From the NCBI GenBank assembly GCA_039184655.1, contig JBCDAZ010000002.1, positions 8,594 through 72,593 of the forward strand: a stretch of DNA of 64,000 nucleotides, read 5' to 3'. The notes under the pieces are model-generated. The model did not search any database. It saw only the letters and a list, made by a program, of their open reading frames with translations, and was not told the origin of the DNA. The DNA is from Pseudomonadota bacterium. Its GTDB lineage: Bacteria; Pseudomonadota; Alphaproteobacteria; Rhodobacterales; Rhodobacteraceae. Within the stretch, counting starts at the first letter, position 1, and every line of letters starts with the position of its first letter. Position numbers and translations under genes: made by a program. Positions 28,261-37,461 of the stretch are shown here, piece by piece.

Positions 28261-30705
28261 ATGCGACCCAACCGGTTTTCGATTTCGGCGCTTGCTGCGT
28301 TTTCGGTGGCATTCGGGCCGCAAGCGCTGGCCGCCCAAACCGTCGATCGACCCGCCGAGGCCACGATCGCCCCCTTTGTTCGGCAGGCCGATCCCCAGGC
28401 CGCGCAGCGTTACGCGATTGTGGTGGGAAATGACCGCTACCAGCATGTGGCGCCGCTTTTTAATGCCCGGGCCGATGCGGCCCTGGTGGCCGAGTTTCTG
28501 CGCAGTTCGGGGTTTTTTGTTGTCGAGCGCTACGATCTCGACGCACGCGGTTTTGAAGCCTTGTTGCGCAAGGCGCTCTTTGAGATCGAGGCCGATGCAG
28601 AGGTGCTGTTCTACTATGCCGGCCACGGCTTTCAGATCGGCCGGCGTAACTATGTGGTACCGGTGGATGCCGATCTGAAAAGCAGCGCGGATGTCGCCTT
28701 CGAGACGGTGACGCTGGACAGTCTCGTTGCGATTCTGGGCGCGCGGGCGCGTCTGCAGGTGGTTTTTCTCGACAGCTGCCGCGACAATCCTTTTGCCGAT
28801 CAGACGACCCTGGCCGGGCTCTCCTCGATCCCGCAACCGACTAAGACCGGGTATGCGCCGATGTCGGCGCCGATGAACACGCTCCTGTCCTTTTCCACCG
28901 CGCCGGGCGCCGTCGCCATCGACGGGGCGGGGGCCAACAGCCCCTTCACCGGCGCGCTGATCGATGTTGCCTCAAGTGCGCCGGGGCGAAGCCTGACCCG
29001 GGTGCTAGAACAGGTGCGCCGGCAGGTTTACCGCGAAACCGAGGGGCGGCAGATCCCTTGGGAAAGCTCAACGCTGGTTGAGGATTTCAGCTTTGCCAAC
29101 GCTGTTGCCGAAGACGCGACCCCCACGCCCCGACCTGCAAAGGCAACGCCCATGCGGCGGTTGACCGAGGTGCCGGCAAGGGTGACGCGGCAAGCAGCGG
29201 ATCCTGCAGCGCCCATTGCGCTGGAAGCGGGGCTCGACCGCCGCGTCGCCATCGGCGCTGCCTTGCGCGCGGCGCTGGGCGACAGGCCGCCGGGCGGGCT
29301 CGTACTCGCTCAGACCGAAGGAGAAGGGCGCCTCATTCTCGCACCGGACCAGCGCGCCGAGCGCAGCTATCTGGGTAACGCGCTCGATGTCGCGACCCTG
29401 GACATGTTGGTCTACGAGCCCGAGCACCGCCAGCAACCGGCCGGCCCGCGGCCCGCGGACCATCGCCGGACCGCGCGGTTTACGCTGACCGGGCCGGAGG
29501 GCTATCGCCGCGACGTGGCGCTGACGCTGGAGGCGGATGCCTGCGACTGGCATGCCGGCGATCATTTGGACCCCGAGGGGGTGGGCATCGTGCGCTATGC
29601 AAACGAGATCGCGCCCGAGGAAGCCCGCGCGGCCTGCCAAGCCTCGATAGCGGCCTCCCCAGACACGGCCCGGTTTTACTACCAGCTTTCCCGGGCGCTG
29701 GTCGCGCTGACCGCCTACGAGGCGGCAGAAACGGCGCTGCAGGCCGCGCAAGCCCGCAACTACACCCGCGCCTGGTACGGGCTGGGTCAGCTCGCCGGCG
29801 CCCGCCGCGCCATAACCGGTGGCCGCGACGATCGGGCCGCCGACGAGGCCGCCTACCCCTTTTACTATGAGGGGGTGCGGCGCGGCGATCCCTACGCATT
29901 TTACGCGCTGGGCAAGCAATTGCTGCGGTTTTCCGGCAATGACGAGATGCAAAGCATCGGATTCGACCTGATGAACCGGGCGCTCGAGGTGGGACACACC
30001 TTTGCAATGAACGAGCTGGGGTACTTTTTTCTACAGGAAGGCAGCGCGCATTACGCCCCCAGACGGGCGCTGCAATATCTGCGCGAATCTGCGGCGCGCG
30101 AGGATATCTACGGCTATTTCAATCTCGGCCGCGTCTATGATCGCGGCCTTGGCGAGACGGCGCCGGACGCGGCCTTGGCGGAAAATTGGTACCGCCGGGC
30201 CGTGCTTGGCGGGCACCCGTCCGCCCCGCGCCGTCTGGCCGATATGATCGTGCAGGGTCGCCTGGGTGTGCCGGCGGCCGCCGATATAGCCGAGGCGCTG
30301 GCGCTTTACGATCTGGGCCTGGAGCGGGGCGATGCGCTTGCGGGCACCCAAGCGGCCTGGCTGATCGCCACGGCCCACCCGGCCGACAGCACGCTTGGCG
30401 ATGCGGCGTGGCGTGCGGCCAAGGCCGGCACCTTGCGCAACGCGGCCGCCCGGGCCGATGCGCGCGATCTGCTGGTGCAGATGCCGGCAGCGGCGCTCGA
30501 CGACGCCATCCGGCTGTCGCTGGTTGCGCTGAAGGCCTTGCCGGAGGGATCTGCCCCCGCCCCGCAAAGCGTCGCGGTGCTGACCGCGCTGACTGCGCTG
30601 GCCGCGCAAGCCGGCAAACCCTTGCCGGACGCCGCGGTCGACCGGCTGCTGGTTCTGGCCGCGCTTTTTTGGGAGCGTTCGCGCTTCCGGGTCGATCTTT
30701 ACTGA
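28261..30705 (+). CDS. Secreted caspase-family (peptidase C14) protein with C-terminal Sel1/TPR-like repeats
   Basis: Signal peptide ALAAFSVAFGPQALAAQ. Caspase dyad contexts are YYAGHGFQ (His 28624-28626) and VVFLDSCRDNPF (Cys 28777-28779). C-terminal Sel1-like units include AWYGLGQL, AFYALGKQ, AMNELGYFF and GYFNLGRVYDRGLG. Confidence 0.8.
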   Translation: MRPNRFSISALAAFSVAFGPQALAAQTVDRPAEATIAPFVRQADPQAAQRYAIVVGNDRYQHVAPLFNARADAALVAEFLRSSGFFVVERYDLDARGFEALLRKALFEIEADAEVLFYYAGHGFQIGRRNYVVPVDADLKSSADVAFETVTLDSLVAILGARARLQVVFLDSCRDNPFADQTTLAGLSSIPQPTKTGYAPMSAPMNTLLSFSTAPGAVAIDGAGANSPFTGALIDVASSAPGRSLTRVLEQVRRQVYRETEGRQIPWESSTLVEDFSFANAVAEDATPTPRPAKATPMRRLTEVPARVTRQAADPAAPIALEAGLDRRVAIGAALRAALGDRPPGGLVLAQTEGEGRLILAPDQRAERSYLGNALDVATLDMLVYEPEHRQQPAGPRPADHRRTARFTLTGPEGYRRDVALTLEADACDWHAGDHLDPEGVGIVRYANEIAPEEARAACQASIAASPDTARFYYQLSRALVALTAYEAAETALQAAQARNYTRAWYGLGQLAGARRAITGGRDDRAADEAAYPFYYEGVRRGDPYAFYALGKQLLRFSGNDEMQSIGFDLMNRALEVGHTFAMNELGYFFLQEGSAHYAPRRALQYLRESAAREDIYGYFNLGRVYDRGLGETAPDAALAENWYRRAVLGGHPSAPRRLADMIVQGRLGVPAAADIAEALALYDLGLERGDALAGTQAAWLIATAHPADSTLGDAAWRAAKAGTLRNAAARADARDLLVQMPAAALDDAIRLSLVALKALPEGSAPAPQSVAVLTALTALAAQAGKPLPDAAVDRLLVLAALFWERSRFRVDLY

Positions 30706-30744
30706 ACCGTCCTGTCCTGGCGCACTGCCCGATTGGCACTTCTC

Positions 30745-30797
30745 GCCCCACCTTGCCTGCCCGCCCCACCTTGCCTGCCCGCCCCGTCCGGCCGCCC
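30745..30797. repeat. 18-bp tandem repeat, ~2.9 copies (GCCCCACCTTGCCTGCCC), intergenic
   Basis: Two perfect copies plus a degenerate third, immediately after the caspase gene stop. Confidence 0.9.
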
Positions 30798-30850
30798 ATC
30801 TGCGCCCGCCGGTCTCAATGCGACCGGAAGGGGCAGCACGGCCGGGCGGC

Positions 30851-30870
30851 GGGGGGGTGGGGGGGGGAGG
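30851..30870. repeat. Homopolymeric G tract (G7-T-G9-A-GG) followed by T5
   Basis: Direct reading. It lies about 130 bp upstream of the chosen livG start. Confidence 0.9.
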
Positions 30871-30999
30871 TTTTTCCGGCTTGGCTTGCGAGGAGCGTTG
30901 TGACACATCTGCCCGGTGCTGCCGGGTAGCGGCGGGCTTGTGGCGGGGAAGTATCGGGCAGTGACGGCGGGCGAAGAAGCGGCGACCCCGGTGGATGCG

Positions 31000-31809
31000 A
31001 TGCCGGGAAACATCGCCGCGGGCGACGCCTCGGCCTTGCAGGGCGCGGCGCTTCAGGTCGTAGATTTGGTCAAGCATTACGGCGGCGTGCATGCCGTGGA
31101 CGGTGTGTCCTTGACGATCCCGAAAGGCTCGATCACCGGTCTTATTGGCCCCAACGGCGCCGGCAAGACGACCACCTTTAACATGATCGCGGGGGCCGAG
31201 CGACCGACCAGCGGACGGATCCTGTTCGAGGGAAGCGAGATCACCGGCATGCCCACCCACCGCTTGTTCCATCTGGGCATGGTGCGGACCTTTCAGCTCT
31301 CCAAAGAATTCGGCAAGCTGACCGCGCTGGAAAACCTGATGGCTGCAGCGCCCAAGCAGCCCGGCGAGCTTATCCTACTCAACTGGATCCGTCCTCGCAC
31401 CGTGGCGGAGCGGGAAGCGCAAGTGCGCGCCCGAGCCGAAGAAACGCTTGCCTTTTTGGGGCTAAGCCATGTCGCAGGCACGCTCGCCGGGCGCCTTTCG
31501 GGGGGGCAGAAGAAGCTTCTAGAGCTTGGCCGAACGATGATGACGGATGCCAAGCTGGTCCTGCTCGACGAGCCGGGCGCGGGGGTCAACCCTACGCTGA
31601 TGAACCGCATTGCCGAGATGATCCGCCGGCTGAACGCGGAACGCGGTTATACGTTTTGCATTATTGAGCATGACATGGATCTGATCGCCAGCCTGTGCGA
31701 CCCGGTCATCGTGCTGGCCGAAGGGCGGGTGCTGACCAGCGGCAAGATGGTCCAAGTGCGCGAAGATCCAACCGTGATCGATGCCTATTTCGGCGGCGCG
31801 CTGACATGA
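31000..31809 (+). CDS. livG: Branched-chain amino acid ABC transporter ATP-binding protein (LivG-type)
   Basis: Walker A GPNGAGKTT, signature LSGGQKKLLELGR, Walker B LVLLDEPGAG, and the LivG-type C-terminal region. The start is uncertain (31000 chosen). Confidence 0.8.
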   Translation: MPGNIAAGDASALQGAALQVVDLVKHYGGVHAVDGVSLTIPKGSITGLIGPNGAGKTTTFNMIAGAERPTSGRILFEGSEITGMPTHRLFHLGMVRTFQLSKEFGKLTALENLMAAAPKQPGELILLNWIRPRTVAEREAQVRARAEETLAFLGLSHVAGTLAGRLSGGQKKLLELGRTMMTDAKLVLLDEPGAGVNPTLMNRIAEMIRRLNAERGYTFCIIEHDMDLIASLCDPVIVLAEGRVLTSGKMVQVREDPTVIDAYFGGALT

Positions 31810-32516
31810 GCGTGCTGCGGCTCGACGCGGTCGATGCAGGCTATGGCGACAGCAGGATTTTGCATGCGGTTTCCCTGCAGGTCGATGCCGGCGAGATCGT
31901 GGTCGTGATCGGGCCAAACGGCGCAGGCAAATCGACGGCGCTGAAATCGGTCTTTGGGCTGCTCAGCATCACGCGCGGTCGGGTCACGCTGGACGATGCC
32001 GATATCACCAACACGCCGCCGGAACGGGTGGTGCGCAAGGGCGTGTGCTATGTTCCGCAGGTCGGCAATGTCTTTCCCAACCTGACCGTGCAAGAGAATT
32101 TGGAGATGGGCGCTTATGTGCGGCGGGACGATTGGCGCCCGCGCCTGGGCGAGGTCTATGCGATGTTTCCCGATCTGGCCGAGAAGCGCCGCCAGCCGGC
32201 CGGCAGCCTGTCGGGCGGCCAGCGCCAGATGGTTGCGATGGGCAAGGCGCTGATGCCCGAGCCCAAGATCCTGCTGCTCGACGAGCCGACCGCAGGGCTC
32301 AGCCCCAAATATCGCGGCCAGATCTTCCAGACCGTCAAGCGCATCAATGCGGCCGGGGTACCGATCTTGATGGTCGAACAGAATGCCAAGCAAGCGCTGG
32401 GGATTGCGGATCGCGCTTACGTACTGGTTGATGGTGCGAACCGCCATGAGGGCAGCGGGGCAGCTCTGATCGCCGATCGGGATGTCGCGCGGATGTTCTT
32501 GGGCGCCCGCGAATGA
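31806..32516 (+). CDS. livF: Branched-chain amino acid ABC transporter ATP-binding protein (LivF-type)
   Basis: GPNGAGKST, LSGGQRQMVAMG and LLLDEPTAGLSP motifs. ATGA overlap with livG. Confidence 0.9.
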   Translation: MSVLRLDAVDAGYGDSRILHAVSLQVDAGEIVVVIGPNGAGKSTALKSVFGLLSITRGRVTLDDADITNTPPERVVRKGVCYVPQVGNVFPNLTVQENLEMGAYVRRDDWRPRLGEVYAMFPDLAEKRRQPAGSLSGGQRQMVAMGKALMPEPKILLLDEPTAGLSPKYRGQIFQTVKRINAAGVPILMVEQNAKQALGIADRAYVLVDGANRHEGSGAALIADRDVARMFLGARE

Positions 32517-32590
32517 AGGCGGGGTGCAGCAGGCCTTTCTGGAGGTCTTTATGCAGGCCGCCGCGGCGGCCTTTGGGGATGCGTCCCAGA

Positions 32591-32626
32591 ATCAGTCTCG
32601 GGATCAGTCTCGGGATCAGTCTCGGA
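32591..32626. repeat. 12-bp tandem repeat x3 (ATCAGTCTCGGG) between livF and livH
   Basis: Direct reading. It would encode QSRD x3 if the longer livH start were used. Confidence 0.9.
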
Positions 32627-32706
32627 GGGCTCTTCCAAGGGGCGTTCTGGGGGCCCCTCTGGTCGACGCCCACCCGCCCGCCCCGTCGTCCAGAGGGGCC
32701 CCGCTG

Positions 32707-33600
32707 ATGTGGGAGTTCGTGAACTTCTACTTCATACCCGGCCTGGTTCTGGGCTGTATCTACGCGCTGGGCGCGCTGGGGATCTCGCTGTCCTTCGGCA
32801 TTCTGCGCTTTGCCAATTTCGCCCATGGCGAGATCATGATGATCGGCACCTATTTCACCTTCACCATTATGCAGGTGACGGGGCTTCACCCCTTGACCGC
32901 GGCGCTGCCGGCGATGCTGTTGGCGGCGGCACTCATGCTCGGGCTCGACCGGACCTTCTACAAGCCGCTGCGTGCGGCTCCGACGATCATCCTGGTGGTT
33001 TCAAGCTTTGGCCTGATGCTAATGATCCGCTCGGCTGTGCAGATGATCTGGGGCACCCAGACACGACCGCTCTTGCCCGGAATTCAGCGCATGGAACCCT
33101 ATTTCGGCGGCGCCATCATGATCCCAGACAAGCATCTTTGGATCTTCGGCGGGACGCTGACGATCATGCTGGCCCTACAGATGCTGCTGACCCGCACCCG
33201 CACGGGCAAGGCGATGCGCGCCGTCTCTGACAGCCCCGATCTGGCGCGCCTGACCGGTATTCCGGTGGAGACGGTCATCCGGGCAACCTGGGTGGTGGCC
33301 GCGATGACGGCTGTCGCGGCCGGGGTGATGCTGGCCATCGACACCCAGGTCGAGACGCTGATGGGCTTTAAGATGCTGCTGCCGATGTTTGCAGCGGCGA
33401 TTCTGGGCGGCATCGGCCGGCCTTTCGGGGCGGTCGCAGGCGGGCTTGTTATCGGCGTGGCCGAGGAGTTGTCCTCCTACCCCTGGATCGGGACGACGCC
33501 GCTGCTCAACCCAGCCTATAAATCGGGGGTGGCCTTTGCCATCATGGTGGCGATGCTGATCTGGCGCCCCTCGGGTCTCTTCCGAGGCCGCGTGTTGTGA
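32707..33600 (+). CDS. livH: Branched-chain amino acid ABC transporter permease (LivH-type)
   Basis: The polytopic membrane protein begins MWEFVNFYFIPGLVLGCIYALGALGISL, a typical LivH N-terminus. The upstream in-frame extension over the 12-bp repeat is not favoured. Confidence 0.8.
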   Translation: MWEFVNFYFIPGLVLGCIYALGALGISLSFGILRFANFAHGEIMMIGTYFTFTIMQVTGLHPLTAALPAMLLAAALMLGLDRTFYKPLRAAPTIILVVSSFGLMLMIRSAVQMIWGTQTRPLLPGIQRMEPYFGGAIMIPDKHLWIFGGTLTIMLALQMLLTRTRTGKAMRAVSDSPDLARLTGIPVETVIRATWVVAAMTAVAAGVMLAIDTQVETLMGFKMLLPMFAAAILGGIGRPFGAVAGGLVIGVAEELSSYPWIGTTPLLNPAYKSGVAFAIMVAMLIWRPSGLFRGRVL

Positions 33601-33625
33601 GCGAAATAGAGCCGAAAGGACGTGC

Positions 33626-33844
33626 ATGAGACGGACATATCTGTTGTTGGCGCTTGGCCTGACCGGCCTGGGCGCTTGTGCCCCAACGCTTCTAAGCGAA
33701 GACCCCGCGCCGGGCGCAATCCCGCATAACGAGATCGTGCTTGTCGACGATGGCAGTTGCCCGCCTGGCCAGGTGAAGGAGCTGACCGGCGGCAACACGA
33801 CGCTCAACATTCCGCGCAAGCAGCGCTGCATCCCCCGGCCCTAA
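33626..33844 (+). CDS. Small putative lipoprotein (72 aa) embedded between the liv permease genes
   Basis: ATG start with AAAGGA upstream. Signal peptide plus lipobox LTGLGAC. Two further Cys residues. Confidence 0.5.
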   Translation: MRRTYLLLALGLTGLGACAPTLLSEDPAPGAIPHNEIVLVDDGSCPPGQVKELTGGNTTLNIPRKQRCIPRP

Positions 33845-33883
33845 GCGGCGTCGCACCGGAACGCAACGGAGAAAACCGGCGGC

Positions 33884-34894
33884 ATGGACCAGCTTTACGG
33901 ATGGGGCATTTACGCAATCTCGCTGCTGACCTTCGGCGGTATCTATGCCGTTCTGACGCTAGGCTTAAACGTCCAATGGGGGTTCACCGGCCTCTTCAAT
34001 GCCGGAATTGCCGGTTTTGTCGCGGTCGGCGCCTACAGCTCGGCAATCCTCACCAAAGCCTTCGACGCATCGCATCTGGGCGGCTATGGTTTGCCGATCC
34101 CAGTTGGATGGATCGCTGCGATGGTGCTCTCGGCCCTTATCGCCTGGGCGATCGGGCGGATCTGCATCCGCCTGCGCTCGGACTATCTGGCCATTGCCAC
34201 GATCGGCATCGCCGAGATCCTGCGTCTGGTGCTGAAGAACGAAAGCTGGGCGACGAACGGGCCGCGCGGGATCCCCGGCGTGCCCAAGGCGTGGGAGCAT
34301 CTACCGCAGCCTTGGGACCAGGTCGCCTTCCTGCTGACGGTTATGGCAATCGTTGGCCTGATCTATATGGCTCTGGAACGCGCCTGGCGGTCGCCCTGGG
34401 GCCGGGTGATGACCGCGATCCGCGACAGCGAGGACGCGGCGCGGGCCGCCGGCAAGAATGTCGAGGTCTTTCGGCTGCAAAGCTTCATCCTGGGTGCTGC
34501 GCTGATGGGCCTCGGGGGTGCTCTGATGGCCCAGTATGCGCGCTTCATCGGCCCCGATTCGACCGACCCCGTGAAGGCGACCTTCCTGGTCTGGGTCATG
34601 TTGATTGCCGGCGGGTCCGGTAACAACCGCGGCGCGATCCTCGGTGCGGTGTTGATCTGGACCGTCTGGTCGATGACCGAGATCGTCACCAGCTATCTGC
34701 CCCGCGAGGCAAGCGTCTTCGGCTACGAGATCAGCAACCTTCCGGTCAGAGCGGCCTATCTGCGCATCTTCCTGATCGGGCTTGTCCTGCAGTTCATTTT
34801 GCAGCGATATTCCACCGGGATCCTTCCGGAGACGCGCCCCGCCGTCGCCGGGACACCACCGAGCGGGGCTCAGACAAGGGAGAGCACGGGATGA
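33884..34894 (+). CDS. livM: Branched-chain amino acid ABC transporter permease (LivM-type)
   Basis: Polytopic membrane protein with LTLGLNVQWGFTGLFNAG, a LivM-like N-terminal motif. ATGA overlap with the following binding-protein gene. Confidence 0.85.
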   Translation: MDQLYGWGIYAISLLTFGGIYAVLTLGLNVQWGFTGLFNAGIAGFVAVGAYSSAILTKAFDASHLGGYGLPIPVGWIAAMVLSALIAWAIGRICIRLRSDYLAIATIGIAEILRLVLKNESWATNGPRGIPGVPKAWEHLPQPWDQVAFLLTVMAIVGLIYMALERAWRSPWGRVMTAIRDSEDAARAAGKNVEVFRLQSFILGAALMGLGGALMAQYARFIGPDSTDPVKATFLVWVMLIAGGSGNNRGAILGAVLIWTVWSMTEIVTSYLPREASVFGYEISNLPVRAAYLRIFLIGLVLQFILQRYSTGILPETRPAVAGTPPSGAQTRESTG

Positions 34895-36081
34895 AGAAAC
34901 TGCTCCTTGCAGGTGCAGCGGCGTTGGGCGCGACAGCCGCGCAGGCCGATGAGGTCAAGATCGGATCGGTTGCCGGTGTCACCGGCCCGATCGCCGAAAT
35001 CATCGCCAATTTGATGGAGGCGCGCGATCTGGCCGCGTCGCATGTCAACGAGCAGGGCGGGATGTTCGACGGCGACACCCTGACCCTCGTTGTCGCCGAT
35101 AGCGGCTGCGACCCCAACGCTGCGGTCGATGCCGGTACCAAGGTGGTCAATGTCGACCAGGTGGTGGCGATCGTCGGACCCAACTGCTCGGGCGCCACGC
35201 TCTCGCTGGCCCAATCCGTCGCCATCCCTTCGGGCGTCGTTACGCTGTCGGAAAGTGCGACCTCGCCGGCGATCACCGGGCTTGACGACAACGACCTTTT
35301 GTTTCGCGCCGCGCCCTCGGATGCCTATCAGGGCATCGCGCTGGCCAATTTCGTCCTGGCAAGCGGCGTTAGCAGCGTGGTCGTGACCTATGCCAATGAC
35401 GATTACAATGCCGGTCTTGGCGCCGAGTTCATAAAAGCCTTCGAAGCGGCAGGCGGAACGATCGCGGCCAGCCAGGTGCATGAACCCAACAAAGCCTCCT
35501 ACCGGTCCGAAGTCGCCACCCTGGCTGCTGCCGGCGCCGATGCGATGGTGCTCTTTGCCTATTACGGCTCCTCGGGTGTGACTATCGTGCGCAACTCGCT
35601 CGAAACGGGCGCCTATACCAAGATTTTTGGGGCTGACGGGCTGGTCGATGAAGAGTTCATCACCCAGATCGGCGCCGAGAACCTCACCGATGCCTATTTC
35701 ACCACCCCCGGTGCCGACGACACAACCGGCAGCTGGAAGGCCTACATGGACCTTGCCTCGGGCCTCAGCGCGCCGACCGGCCCCTATGTCGCGAACGCTT
35801 ATGACGTCACCTTCCTGATGGCACTTGCCGTCGAGAAGGCCGGCAGTACCGACCGCAGCCTGATCGCGGCCGCCCTGCGCGAGGTCGCCACCCCGCCGGG
35901 CGAGGTCATCCTTCCGGGCGAGTGGGCCAAGGCCAAGGCGCTGATCGCGGCCGGCACGGACATCAATTACGAAGGTGCGACGGGCAGCATCGACTTCGAC
36001 GCCGCAGGCGATGTACCGGGCATCTATCAGCTCCATACCGTCACCTCGGAAGGTACCTTCAAATCCGAACTTCTGAAGTGA
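34891..36081 (+). CDS. ABC transporter substrate-binding protein (Leu/Ile/Val-binding family)
   Basis: Signal peptide MKKLLLAGAAALGATAAQA, followed by a type I periplasmic binding fold pattern (VKIGSVAGVTGPIA...GPNCSGA). Confidence 0.9.
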   Translation: MKKLLLAGAAALGATAAQADEVKIGSVAGVTGPIAEIIANLMEARDLAASHVNEQGGMFDGDTLTLVVADSGCDPNAAVDAGTKVVNVDQVVAIVGPNCSGATLSLAQSVAIPSGVVTLSESATSPAITGLDDNDLLFRAAPSDAYQGIALANFVLASGVSSVVVTYANDDYNAGLGAEFIKAFEAAGGTIAASQVHEPNKASYRSEVATLAAAGADAMVLFAYYGSSGVTIVRNSLETGAYTKIFGADGLVDEEFITQIGAENLTDAYFTTPGADDTTGSWKAYMDLASGLSAPTGPYVANAYDVTFLMALAVEKAGSTDRSLIAAALREVATPPGEVILPGEWAKAKALIAAGTDINYEGATGSIDFDAAGDVPGIYQLHTVTSEGTFKSELLK

Positions 36082-36231
36082 TCTGAACCCGGGGTCGGGG
36101 TGCATGGAGGCGCCCCGGCCGCCCGCGGGGCTGTCTGCGCAGGCCGGCGGATCCGGCCAAGTTGCCGTGCCGGCCGGCCTTGGGACCGGCCGAGCGCGCG
36201 GCCCCCGCAGCGAGGCGGTGCGACACAGGCC

Positions 36232-37455
36232 ATGACGGTTACGCGCGAAGGTCAGCTCAATCCCCCAAGACCGCGCCGCAAGGTCACGCGCCGCAAACCC
36301 GATGCGCAGCTTCGCGTCCCGCCTCTTCCACCAAGCGGGCAGATGCGCGCGCGTCTGCGCGTCCGCCATCTTCTGGTGATCGCCTCTTTCCTGGCCATGT
36401 TCGTGCTGCCCGCGATCGCGGTGAACTGGTATCTACAGATGCAGGCGGCCGACCAATACGTCTCGCGCGCCGCGCTCACCGTCGATGAAGATGATTTCGT
36501 GACCACGATCGGCATGCTGGGCGATCTCACGCAGCCGATCACCTCCGAGGCCAGCGATACGGATGTGCTCTACCAGTTCATCACCAGCCAGGATATGGTG
36601 GTGCGCGTGGATGCGGCGCTCGACCTGCGCCGGCTCTACCGCAAACATGCCGAACGTGATCCGGTGCTGAGCCTTTCCGACGATCCCTCGATCGAGGCGC
36701 TGGTGCGGTACTGGCAGCGCATGGTCGATATAGCCTATGAGCCGCGACAGGGCGTGATCGGGCTGCACGTGCGGGCGTTTTCGCCCGAAGATGCACGGGC
36801 GATCAACCGTACGGTAATTGCCGAGAGCCATCGGTTGATCAACGCCCTGACCGAGGCTGCGCGGCTCGACGCTGTGCGCTATGCCGAGGCGGATCTGGCT
36901 GAAGCGCGGGATCGGATGAAAGCGCTTTTTGCCCGGCTACGGATTTTTCGAAACGAAAACAGTGTGATCCTTCCCGATGCCAATGCCGAAAGCCAGTTCC
37001 AGATCATCTCTTCCTTGCAAGACAAGATGGCCGAGGCGCTGATTGAACGCACAGAGCTGATCGAGACGACCCGTCCCGGCGATCAACGCATTGCGCGGCT
37101 TGATCGTCGCATTGCCGCAATCACCGGGCAGCTGAGCCGTGAGCGGGCGCGGCTGGGTTCGACCTTGGGCGATGGCGGCCGCACCCTCTCCGAAGTTCTG
37201 ACCGACTATGAGGAGATCCTCGTCGATATCGAGTTTGCGGTCGAGGCCTATATCTCGACGCTGGCCGAACTCGATGCGGCGCGCACCGATGCGCGGCGGC
37301 TTGCGCGCTATTTATCGGTTCACATCGCACCGACTTTGGCCGAAACGCCAGGCTATCCGCAGCGCCTGTTGCTGGGCGCCCTTCTGACCGGCCTTTTGTT
37401 CGTCGTCTGGCTGATGGTCACGCTTATCGGCTACAACATCCGCGACTCGCAATAA
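36232..37455 (+). CDS. kpsE: Capsule polysaccharide export inner-membrane protein KpsE-like (PCP-3 family)
   Basis: N-terminal TM helix (LLVIASFLAMFVLPAIAV), a long coiled periplasmic region, a Pro-rich motif PTLAETPGYPQR before the C-terminal TM helix, and kpsT immediately downstream. The start is uncertain. Confidence 0.8.
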   Translation: MTVTREGQLNPPRPRRKVTRRKPDAQLRVPPLPPSGQMRARLRVRHLLVIASFLAMFVLPAIAVNWYLQMQAADQYVSRAALTVDEDDFVTTIGMLGDLTQPITSEASDTDVLYQFITSQDMVVRVDAALDLRRLYRKHAERDPVLSLSDDPSIEALVRYWQRMVDIAYEPRQGVIGLHVRAFSPEDARAINRTVIAESHRLINALTEAARLDAVRYAEADLAEARDRMKALFARLRIFRNENSVILPDANAESQFQIISSLQDKMAEALIERTELIETTRPGDQRIARLDRRIAAITGQLSRERARLGSTLGDGGRTLSEVLTDYEEILVDIEFAVEAYISTLAELDAARTDARRLARYLSVHIAPTLAETPGYPQRLLLGALLTGLLFVVWLMVTLIGYNIRDSQ

Positions 37456-37461
37456 ACAATC

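Noticed and set aside
28261-30705. The caspase-Sel1 protein as a cytoplasmic anti-phage/abortive-infection effector.
   Set aside because: A clear N-terminal signal peptide and an adjacent PG-binding lipoprotein point to an envelope location, and no NTPase, sensor or nuclease partner genes are nearby.
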